A stretch of DNA of 64,000 nt from Dudresnaya verticillata (lineage: Eukaryota), in NCBI GenBank assembly GCA_977862235.1, contig OZ374562.1, positions 310,001 to 374,000 of the forward strand. Reading direction: 5' to 3'. The notes below the pieces were generated by a model. That model saw only the letters and a program-made list of their open reading frames with translations. It searched no databases and was not told the origin of the DNA. Both the position numbers and the translations under genes were made by a program. This document shows positions 54,101 to 64,000 of the stretch, in pieces (within the stretch, counting starts at the first letter, position 1; every line of letters starts with the position of its first letter).

Positions 54101-56776
54101 GAGGTCAGGTTTTAGCGTTGATCGAGGGGCGCACGGAGGATGTCCAGCCGAGACTGCAAGTCCGTTGAAGAAATTGTTGCGCCTTGAGTGAAGGAGGCCT
54201 CAACAAATGATTGGAATGCAGCTACGATTGAACAATCACGAGGTCCAACGACTCCGCGACACTGTGCTTTGCTTCCACCTCCTTGGACTTATCCCGGGCG
54301 TGATTCGTTTTGTAGAAAGAGGCCGACAAGCTGTCCGCGACGGCGGTCCAGAGAGCTGACTAGCGTGTTCCAATCCAGGTAAACCACAATCAAGCCAAAG
54401 ATAAACATGCAAGACGGTAGTAGCAGTCGCTGGGATTATTCATTCTCGTTGTCTCAAGTGGAGGAAACTGTTTTACGGGCGCTTTCATTCACGGCGCTGG
54501 TGTATCTGAGCATCAGACAATGCGGGCAGACGGGACTTTTCCATGAGCCTATTCTGATGCTTCATTTCATGGCGGAGAAGATGTTCGATCTGAGATCGGG
54601 TTTTTGCATACAGGTTCCAGCTGGACGTTTTTCCCCCCCAATACCGATAACAACTTGAAGCAGAATAAAGGCAACTGCGAGTAGTGTACGGTTCTGGTTG
54701 TTGGTGACCCCTGCACTTGAAGAACCCGAACAGGACGGACATAACGAATGGCGTGAGCTACGGCACAAGACTTGCCATTAAAAAAAAGTTTTCCTCAGTG
54801 TCTCTCGGCTGCGCGTCTGCGGCTGCATCCGACGTAGGCTGCAGATCTACTTGTTGATCTCCACAAGGGTTTTTTGTTTTGTTTTTGTTTTGGTGTGCGA
54901 GGCCAAGGAAAGACGGTGTCGCGGATATCATTAATTGTCGCAGGCAGCATTTAATATTAGAAAAGTTGATTATACGGCAGGACTGTAGCAAAGTGGGAAA
55001 GAAGGACTAAAGGCCGGGTCTTGTTTTGACGCCTCGTTGAGGACTTTGAGATGTGCATCGCTCACTTGGTTGTGATTCCGAAACAATGAGGAAAATAAGG
55101 GCGTGAGTAAGTGCAGTGGCGAGCGACAGAGGGGCAAAACATCGGTTTCAAATGGGGGAAAAGGACTTTTGGTGCCGTGAGGGGCCTTAGACTATGATTA
55201 TGCAAGACCAGCACATGTTAGATGTGGTTTTTTGTCAATGACTCTTGGTGGGGCGAATGTTTTAAAATGTGGCGACAGGGATCCCGCGAAAGCTTTGAAG
55301 GTTGCCCTTCTGTCGGCGCATATCCACCGTGATGAGCGAAAGATTCTGAGGCGGCGGCGCGAGCGGAGCAGAATGCAATACATCTGTGGAGAGTGGTAAG
55401 ATACAGTATAACATGTTCGGACTGGGAAGCTTTGTACCTAAGAGCATCGATGTGCAAAGCTGCCACTGCTGTACTGTACCATTGCGCAGCCCGCCAGACC
55501 TCGTTATGACAAAAAATGTAAGCGCCCGAAAATCACACCCTCGGCGCGCTGATTGGCCACGCCCGCGCCGCGCTTGCGTGATGGTGACTGCGGCCGCAGT
55601 GCTCGGTGCGTTGTGTGCTCTCCTGCGCTCGCCGCGGCCGGAAGGCGCTCGCGTCCGCAAGCGCGCGCCCGCGCGCTCGTCGGGGCGCGGCGCCACGCGC
55701 GCACGCCGCCGCGCTGGCGCGCTGAGCAGCCGCGGCGCACTCTGCGCACTCTGGCGCGCGTGGGACGGCCGAAGCAGCCGCGGCCGGATTACAGGGCGCG
55801 CGCGCGTTTCGGGACGCGGAGGGGCGTGCTCTGCGCGATCTGCGCGGCTTTGGACACACCGGAGGCGCGCAAGGTAAGGTGTGCGGCAGTGCGGCGCGGC
55901 GCTGGGGAGCTGCGCGCACTGGGCGGGATTGCGTGGGGCTTCCGGCGCGGCTGGCTGGCCGCGCGGGGGAAGCGCTGTGTGTAGGCGGGCGGGCGAGCGA
56001 GCGATTACAGTGGTGCTATGGGATTTGGCACGGACGGGGGGAGTGGGCAGATGGGGGAGCGATGCGTGATGCAAGCAGAGTTGCGGTGAGCGCGGGGGGA
56101 GGGGTGCGGTGGGACGGTCGGCGTCTGTGGTGGCGAGCGGGTAAGGTGTGGGAGATGTTAAATATCGCATTCGCGGTGTTGCGTGGGGGAGTGTTTTCCC
56201 GAGCCCATGTCGTTTTATCCTTTATAGTTTTTATTGCAGTTGTGCGAAAAAAACGGGAATATTCGCTGCGAAGAGCGTGCACCCAACGCGTGTCCGGGCA
56301 GGCCGCATATCGCTTTCACCAGCCGCCCGTCGCCGAACGGAGCGGGTGGAAACGCGGCCGCGCCCGTGATCGCAGCCGCGCCGCGGCATGGCGGGAGCAT
56401 CCGTGGCCGCGGCAGGCTGCGCGCGGGTGGAGACGGACGTTGGAGCACAGCGTGCCTGCCGCGTCCAGCTGGCGCGTGGCGCGTGAGGCTGCGGCGCGGC
56501 GCGGCGCGGCGCGGCGCGGCGCGGCGGGGCGGGGAGCGCCACCGACGCGTTGGAAGCCGCGCCCAAACGCGCGCGCGCCGATTAGGCAGCGCGCCCTATC
56601 GCGCACGGCGCGCGCGCGCCGTGCGCATCAGACGCGAAGCGCCGCGAATTACAAGTACGGCATCTGACGTGTGCGTTGTGTGAACATGCGTTCGGTAAAC
56701 AACCGCGAGCGAGCGAGCGCACGCGCGCACGCCGCAATCGCCGCTCGCGCGCCCCGTGTGCCCTCAAAATCCCCCT

Positions 56777-56782
56777 TATAAG
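56777..56782 (+). promoter_or_regulatory. TATA-like element upstream of the bZIP gene
   Basis: TATAAG in otherwise GC-rich DNA, followed by a C-rich leader and the ATG at 56945. Confidence 0.45.
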
Positions 56783-56944
56783 CCGTCTGCCCGTCCACCA
56801 CCGTCCCCGCCTGCAGCGCTCACCTCCTTCGCCCCCGCCCCCGCCCCCGTCCCCGCCCCCCCGCCCTATCCTCTCCCACGCCCCCCCCCCCCCCCCCCCC
56901 CCGCCCGTCGCCTCCCCCGTCGCCTCCCCATCCCACGCCGCGCC

Positions 56945-57805
56945 ATGACCGCCGCCCCCGCCGCCTCCCGCGTCAAGCCCGAGCTGCGTCGCCCGGCCAG
57001 CCCGTCCGAGTCGCTGGAGGACATCCACTACAACCTCGCGCAGGAGATTACGCGCGCCATGGCCGTGTCGTACCCGCCGTCCACGCCGTCCACGCCGCCC
57101 ACGCCGTCCACGCCGCCGCGCCACCAGCCGTCGCTCACGCCGCGCCCGCCCGCGCCGCCTAGCCCGCCGCGCCGCCCGGCCCACCACGTCGCGCCGGCGC
57201 TGTGCCGTCCGGCCTCGGTGTCGCCGCCCGTCAAGATCCACTCGCGCGCGCCCGTTGCAAAGCCGTCGCCCATCGAGGAGGAGCTCGTCCGCCGCATCCA
57301 CCGCATGGTCGGTGGCCCCTCCAAGCTCAGCACGTACGACGACCCGGCCAAGGTCCGTCACGTCGTCATCGAGGCCCTCGCGCTGGAGCAGGCCAACGCG
57401 TCCGATGCGGGCCGTATCCGGAAGGGTCAGCTTTCCGTCTTTGAGCGCAGGGTTGTGCGCACCGTCACAAACAGGGGTGCCGCTGTCCGCTCGCGCATGC
57501 GGCAACGGAAGGAGGTCGCTCAGCTCAAGAATGAGCTTAGAGCGCGCGACACCCGCCTCAGGCGTCTGGAGGACTTGGTCAGAAAGCTCTGTCACAAGTA
57601 TGCAGCACCACTGCCCGAGTTTATGGTCAAGAAGGAAGGCGCACCACAAGACGAGGAAACAGAGGCTGAAACTGACAGCCTCAGGTCGACGGGCGCGAGA
57701 GGGAGCGCCAGCACAGCTGGGATTGACGCACCCGACTTTGCACTAGACCAAGAGTTGTTTGGAAACCTTGTAGACCAGATGATTCAACATCCGGCTTGGC
57801 ACTAA
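56945..57805 (+). CDS. bZIP transcription factor
   Basis: Basic region ERRVVRTVTNRGAAVRSRMRQR (N-x7-R) followed by zipper L..KNEL..RDTRL..LEDLVRKL; Pro/Ser-rich N-terminus. Confidence 0.85.
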   Translation: MTAAPAASRVKPELRRPASPSESLEDIHYNLAQEITRAMAVSYPPSTPSTPPTPSTPPRHQPSLTPRPPAPPSPPRRPAHHVAPALCRPASVSPPVKIHSRAPVAKPSPIEEELVRRIHRMVGGPSKLSTYDDPAKVRHVVIEALALEQANASDAGRIRKGQLSVFERRVVRTVTNRGAAVRSRMRQRKEVAQLKNELRARDTRLRRLEDLVRKLCHKYAAPLPEFMVKKEGAPQDEETEAETDSLRSTGARGSASTAGIDAPDFALDQELFGNLVDQMIQHPAWH

Positions 57806-59934
57806 CCAGGTTAAGCTAGTTTGGATAGGTTAGCGTCGAGCTGTTCCTATAGCTTAGTTTACGCTTTGTATCATAAAACACGGGGAAATTGTTACCACCA
57901 ACTATACATACCTTTAAGAGCTTGCTTGTTTGTATTGTTTATTTCTATATGTCTTGGAGCCGACACACGACGAGGTGTACGTGTCAGAATGCAGTATTCA
58001 AGTGTGCGGCATGTAAGTCTCGCTTTGTGCATGGTTGGTTCAAGAGAATACCCACCCTCAAAGGGTTCCAGGTTTGCTTCTGTGCAAACGAGATGGTAGA
58101 TGTGATGATTGTACGTGTGGGCCGAGACAAAACCTGAGACTGGAGCAATCTGAAAATGAAGCAAGTAGGTAACCCGTAGGATGAAACAGCAGCTACAGAA
58201 ACGAGAGATATTCAATCGCAAGCAAGAAGGGGTGCACTTGGCAGATCGACTGAAAAATGGTCCAGACTATCATCTATTGAGAAAAAGTCAGGCCACGGCA
58301 CTGAAGGGAAGGGGTTTTGACAGTGTCGAGGGTTATTCGTCGCCTATTGAGAAGCTCGAAGTTCGACAAGGTGGCACTACTAGGCTATAGGCACCTTTGT
58401 TCTGCGAAATTGGGAGAAAAGTTTCAGGTGTTGATGATGGGTGGTCATCAGCGGCTCAGGTGCAGCGAGAAGAGCGTTAGAAAAGGTGCCATGTTGAAAA
58501 TACAAACAGGTCTTCAGCAACGCGACTCCAGAGGGTAGTATGCTGCGGGTCCTCGGGGGAGGAAGCTGAGACGAGAAGACAGCTCGCGAGTGTGATCGTG
58601 CAGAAAGGCGAGTACCGTTTGGAGTCGCGTTTGCGCAGAAAGGTTTGTGTGCAAGCGGTGTGCACTCTCCTCAAACAACGTGCAAAATCACGGCGCGAAT
58701 AATCTGCGACACTTCTTTTTCCGCGGCGGCCGGCTACGGAATGATAGGTTGTGCCACTCCGCGAGGATGGTACGGAGATAAATAGTCTTGCGACGACAAA
58801 ACGCATGGCGAACAGAACTGAACACCGCAATTTGCCTGCTGCCTGCCACAGCCCCGCCGCACGCATGCAGCCAGTCCGCGCGCCCATCGCGACCCCACAG
58901 TCTGTCAGGTACGACAGCAACCCGCTCGTGGCACGCGGCGGGACAAGACGCAGGTGGTAAGCCCTTGTTCGTGTTCGTGTTCGCGTTCGGCGCTGCATGC
59001 GCGTAGCGTGGGTGTCTGGGGCCGCGCCGGCAGAAGACACGAGAGCGGTTCCATGAAGGTTACTGCGGCACTGCCGCGCGGTCGGTCGCCAGGAGCGTGT
59101 CACAGGCGCTTGTTGCTGGAAGTCGCGCACCGCGCCGGGACACGCCATGGCTTGCCCTCGCAAGTCACGGCAGTGCGCGACGGGCGCTGCGCCGAGGCGT
59201 AGACGGGCGCAAGCGCACGGGCGTACAGTCTGCTCTCTGGAGAGAGTTGGGGAAACCTCGGCGGTGCCGCGATTCGGATTAGTCGCGCCTGCGCGTGTCT
59301 GTTTGTGTGCTTGTATCGACGGTGGCACCCACGTCGCGCTGCGGGGGGCGTCGCGCTGCGGGGGGCGTCGCGCTGCAGCGCGTCGCGCTGCGGGGGGCAG
59401 CGCGACTGGTACATACCAGTTTGCGAATAACTGGCAATGCGAGCAGGCAGCATCCAAGCATTCACGCGTTCTTTCTCCCTCCCCGCTCTGTCACTCTTGT
59501 TCCTCGTCCGCGAGACGAGCTTCGGTTGCTGTTGCGATCAAGCACCAAAAGCGATTGACCGCGTATCAAGGCGGCACGGCGTTTGCGGAAAGCGTGGCAG
59601 CGCAGCGTGGCCGCGGCAACTGACTGCGCGATATGTGATCGTATTCAGCGCGCGGCCGCCGCCAATTCCCCGCATGTGTGACGGCGAATCTCGCTTGCCG
59701 CCGCAAATTCCCCTCCGCGTGTCGCCGCCGCCCTCTCCGCCGCCGCAGCACGCACACACCCGCGCGCTCCGTCGCCGTCGCCGCGCCCGCGCCCGCGCCG
59801 CCCACGCCGGCCGCTGCCGCCATACCCGCCGCGCCACGGCCATCGCCGCCGCCGCCGCGCGCCCTTCCGCACACCCAATCACAGCGCCGCGCGCGCGCGC
59901 GGTGGCACGCACGCCGGGGAGCCACGCGCGAGCC

Positions 59935-61324
59935 ATGCCGCGCCGCGCCGCGTTCGCCGCGCCGCCGTCGCCGCTGCGCCTGGTGCCGGCGCGCGCGCCG
60001 CGCCGCGCGCGCCGCGCCTCCACCCCGCGGGGGTGGCGGCCGCCGCGCTGCGCAATCGTGCGCCCGGAGCGCTACGACGCGACGGACTGGGCGCGCGCGC
60101 TGAGCACGCTGCCGCGGTCCGTGGTGCTGCGCCGCATCCGCGGCCACATCGTGGCAAACACGGCTGTCGCGTCGGCCGTGTTTGTTCTGTTCGACGGCCT
60201 GGCATACACCTACCCCGAGATTGTGCACCACTTCAACATCACCCCGCTGCCGCACACCTTCCTCGGCACGGCCATGTCGCTGTTGCTTGTACTGCGCTCG
60301 AACGCCGCTTACGTAAGTTGTAGCCTGAGCCTGCGTGCTGCTGTTCCACCGTTGCGCTGCGTTGTCCTGCTGCGAAACATGCTAACACGACACTGAGAAA
60401 ACGATGACGACGGCGCAGGACCGGTTCTGGGAGGGCCGCAAGCTGTGGGGCGCCCTGTTGAGCCTGTCCCGCAGCGCGGCGCGGCTATGCGTGATGTGCA
60501 TGCCGCGCGGGCATGCAGAGGTGGCAGGGCGACTGGTGGTGTGCTTTGCGTACGCGCTGATGCACCATTTGCAGGGGCGGCGCGAGGAGGAGCCGTTTGC
60601 CGAGCTGTTGGCGGACGTTGCCGTGCCGGCGGAGCTGCAGCGCGGGCTGACGGGGATGATGGCGGGGGTGGACGCGCGGCAGTTTTACGGGATGTCGGCG
60701 TCCGCGGGCGAGCTGGAGCGGCGCGTGGCCGGCGTGGTCGAGCACGACGCGCGCGTCGAGACGGAGTGGCACGACGCGCGCACGCGCGTGCCGTGCGCGG
60801 AGGGCATGTTGCGACGCATCCGAGACGCGGACAACCAGCCGCTTGAGGTGCTGATGCTGCTGTCGACGGTGGTCAAGGTGTCGATGGAGTGGAAGGACGG
60901 GCTGCTGCGCAGGCAGGCCGAGGCGGGGTCGCGCGGGTTTGCGAGCGTGGAGCGGGACAAGTTGGAGATTTGCGTGATTGAGATGACCGACGTGATGGGC
61001 AAGTGCGAGCGGATTGTGAAGAGCCCCGTGCCGCTGTCTTGGAACCGGCACACGTCGCGGCTGATCTCGTTGTGGACGCTTACGCTGCCGCTTGTGCTGG
61101 TGCCGATCCAGGGGGTGGTTTGCATCCCGACGATCGCGGTAATCAGCTGGACGCTGTTCGGCATTGAGGAGATTGGGCATCTGCTGGAGGACCCGTTCAG
61201 ACGGGAGCGGTACTCGCTGCCGCTGGCGGACATCTGCGAGAACATTCGAACGGACGTGCTGGTGCAAATCTTGGGGCGGGGAAGGTCGTGCTCGTCGTCG
61301 GCGTCGCCGACATCGTCGTCGTGA
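59935..61324 (+). CDS. Plastid bestrophin-like anion channel (VCCN/UPF0187 type; exons 59935-60312 and 60419-61324)
   Basis: Intron 60313-60418 (GTAAGT, GCTAAC, CAG) joins LLLVLRSNAAY to DRFWEGRKLWG; CERIVKSPVPLSW.RHTSR; FGIEEIGHLLEDPF; transit peptide MPRRAAFAAPP. Confidence 0.93.
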
Positions 61325-63035
61325 TATGTAGGGAGGGAGTGTATGTAGGCGTATGTGGCATCATAGAGCAAAGACGAGGGGGCCGGTCGGTCGCAAGGCG
61401 GACTTGGAAGACCTGTCTTCCAAGACGGAAGCGTTGGACTGTAACGGGGAGCGTGACGGGGAGCGGTTGCGCGGCGGTTGCTCTCCCTTTTTCCGTCCGG
61501 CGATGGTGCCATGAAGCGGTGCGCATGGCACCCGCGCCGCGCCGCGCCGCGCCGCCTGTGTCGCGCCCGGCGCGCCCGCGCCAATCGGCGCGGTCGAAAC
61601 ACGCCGCCCACATACAAGCGCCCCGACTCGTCTCTCAGTCAGTGTTGCTTCAGTGCGCGCAGCCCCCCCGCGTGCGTGCGCGCCCGCGCCACCGCCGCGG
61701 CATCTATTGCGCGACGCCACTGCAGCCGCGCGCCGCGCCCGCTGCAGCCGCAGCAGCAAGGCAGCACCACGGCAGCACCACGGCCACGGCCACGGCCACG
61801 GCCACCTCCGCCGCCGCGCTGCCGTCTCCTCTCCCACACCACCACCACCACCGGCGCCGCACGCCGCCGCACCCGCGGCTCGACCGACCTGCCCCACGTG
61901 AACTCCGCGTTGAGCCGCGGCGGCTGTCGGGCGCGTCTCTTCGTCGCGCGTGCGGCGCCGTGGCGCCTGTTGCGCGCGCGGCTGCATGCATGGCGCAAAA
62001 GCGCGCGCGCCCCGGCGCCGGCAGCAAGCCGCGTTGTTGCGCGCGAACGCGCGGCGGGTGCGGCTCGACACTACGTGACGACACGCCGGCGCGCGCTTCA
62101 TACGCGGCGCGCGCACGTAACGCCGGCGAGCGCGCGGCGCGCGGGAGCTGCGGCGAGAGGCGAAGCGCGGCGGCACAAGCATTCCGCCTTGTTTCCCGCG
62201 CGAGTTCGCGCGCGCGCGGCGCACACGGTTGTCGCGGCGCTCCGTCTGCCTGACATCAGGCCGCGCGGGGCGGTGTGTGTGTGTGTGTGTGCGGGATGTT
62301 GCGTTGCGTTGCGTGCGCGCGCAACCGACGCCGCGGCCAAGGCTCACCGGCGCACACGAGACAGGCACGCGCGGTCGGGCGAAACGTCATATGGTTTTTA
62401 TATCTTGAGCCTTTTTTTTTCCCGGTGCCGGCGCGCGCCGATGTAAAGCCGTGCGCGCGCGCCACGCTCAAACGTTGGCCGCGCGTCCGCGCGCAAAAAC
62501 GGAGCGCTTGGTCGCGTTGCTCCTGCCTGCGCGAGGACGCCACCCGCCCGCCAGCGGGGAGCCTGACGTCATGCGCCGGTTTCCAAACCGGCAACGCAAC
62601 GCAACGGCCCCTCTCCCTCTCTCTCTCTCGGTCTCTCGGTCCGCGCGGCGCGAGCCATGAACGCCGCAGCGCGGCCCAGACTGTGTTGGCCTTCTTGCGA
62701 CTCGAAAGGCGTAAGTAAATTGGAAACAGGGAAGACTCTCAAAAGACATGTCGAGAAAAAAAGGATTGCTTCCCGTAACATGTTAGCAAGGGATCTTTTG
62801 CGTACATGTCTCACGAACCACGAACCGTGAGTCACGATGGAGTCCGGCCTGGCGGTTTAATATGAACCAGAGGAAGGAGAGCGGCAGAGGCAGTGTTAGT
62901 GTTAGGCAGGTAACTTGTGTGTGTGTGTGTGTTTGTGTGTGTGCGAGTGCGCCTGCACCAAAAAACTTGTGCAGAATCATTTTTCTTGTAAGGTCACGTG
63001 ATTCTTGCAGACTCGCGAGCAAAGTCCCTCAAACA

Positions 63036-63085
63036 AGAGAGAGCAGAGAGAGAGAGAGGGAGAGAGAGAGAGAGAGAGAGAGAGA
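63036..63085. repeat. (GA)n microsatellite
   Basis: Read directly from the sequence; (GT)n tracts also at about 62274, 62915 and 63608. Confidence 0.9.
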
Positions 63086-63691
63086 CCGCTGCCGTCTTGC
63101 CCTGTGCGCCTGAGCTCACCAGTACCGTAGTTTTCAGTAGTACCCACTTTTGAAGAGAGACTCGGAACATATTCCAGCTCGTATCACGTGAAACGGAAAG
63201 CCCTCCCGCTCCTTAGGGAATGTGCCCTCCTTCCGGAAACGATAACGATCACGCTGTAGCTATGGAACACAAACTCACCTTTGCCCATACATCTACTAGT
63301 TTCTTTTTACTCTATACGAAAAAAAGACAGCCTTCCTCTGTTCCCGTCAATAACATCCCCTTTTAACATGCTGCAACACATCTCCTCTACTGTACTGTAC
63401 TGAGGGGAAAGAGTAGCCAACAAAAATAAGAAAACTGCCATAGTCAAACCCCGCCCATCATAGCCTTCCACTATGCTGGCCATACCAAAACAAAAAAAGA
63501 CACCCAATACCCAATAACCTAGACAAAAAAGAAAACCTCCCAGAGCCTTGAGTGTACGTGTGTGCCATTGCTTGTGTCATTGCTTGTGTGATTACTTGTG
63601 TGATTGCTTGTGTGTGTGTGTGTGTGTAAGTACAAATTGTCGTGGCTCTTCTTCTCTGAGCTGAGAAGAAGAAATCTGCAGAGAATCTAGA

Positions 63692-63773
63692 AGGAGAGAG
63701 AGAGAGAGAGAGAGAGAGGTTGGGAGAGAGAGAGGGATAGAGGGGTTGGGAGGGTGTGTGTGAGAGGGAGGGT

Positions 63774-63821
<48 letters not shown>

Positions 63822-63822
63822 T
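63692..63822. repeat. (GA)n-rich polypurine tract just 3' of the bHLH-like gene stop
   Basis: Read directly from the sequence. Confidence 0.9.
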
Positions 63823-63842
63823 GGTGAGATGGAGAAAGAAAT

Positions 63843-63998
63843 CTATACAGAGAGCGAAGAGTCTTGTGGAGGATCGTCGCGATCCTCATCTGATTCTGTA
63901 GGAGGCAGTCTGAACGCCTCTCGAAGGAGCTTGACAGCTTCCTGCAGCACGTCTGCCTTCTTGGTAACCTTTTGATGTGGCCGAACCTTCCTAATCGT
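63843..63998 (-). CDS. 3' end of a probable bHLH transcription factor (runs off the window edge)
   Basis: Minus-strand translation TIRKVRPHQKVTKKADVLQEAVKLLREAFRLPPTESDEDRDDPPQDSSLSV*; KKADVLQEAVKLLR fits bHLH loop-helix 2. Not listed in the ORF track. Confidence 0.6.
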   Translation of the reverse strand, partial: TIRKVRPHQKVTKKADVLQEAVKLLREAFRLPPTESDEDRDDPPQDSSLSV

Positions 63999-64000
63999 GT

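Noticed and set aside
55262..56750. Multiple long overlapping Arg/Ala/Pro ORFs (also at 24.0-25.2, 32.6-33.5 and 61.3-62.5 kb)
   Set aside because: Expected from stop-codon scarcity in very GC-rich promoter islands.

Overview
Compact, intron-poor eukaryotic nuclear DNA, most consistent with a multicellular (florideophyte-type) red alga. This rests on plastid transit peptides starting M-x-A-F, a phycobilisome-lyase-type HEAT protein, short GTRAGT/CTAAC/YAG introns and very GC-rich gene 5' ends; the taxon call is inference. About 27 protein-coding genes are supported: WBP2/GRAM-like, Sel1-repeat, F-box/LRR, two secreted orphans, a DnaJ-Fer-type ferredoxin, an NblB/CpcE-like HEAT protein, a SAP-domain protein, Ies6, Las1, OSBP, a small Tim, a PH-kinase-like protein, PI31, a COG0523 GTPase, MIPS, taxilin, Msp1/ATAD1, Arl8, Arp4, sterol C5-desaturase, MCT-1/Tma20, a bZIP, a bestrophin/VCCN, a partial bHLH and two hypotheticals. 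Two elements are not captured by the ORF track. (1) At about 17.9-18.95 kb on the + strand lies an apparently non-coding, three-intron transcript in which each intron carries a box C/D snoRNA-like element about 45-53 nt upstream of the branch point, a vertebrate-style snoRNA host gene architecture. (2) At about 19.37-19.89 kb on the - strand lies a decayed glutathione peroxidase gene ending about 13 bp before the Ies6 start codon. No CRISPR array, tRNA, rRNA or recognisable transposon was found.
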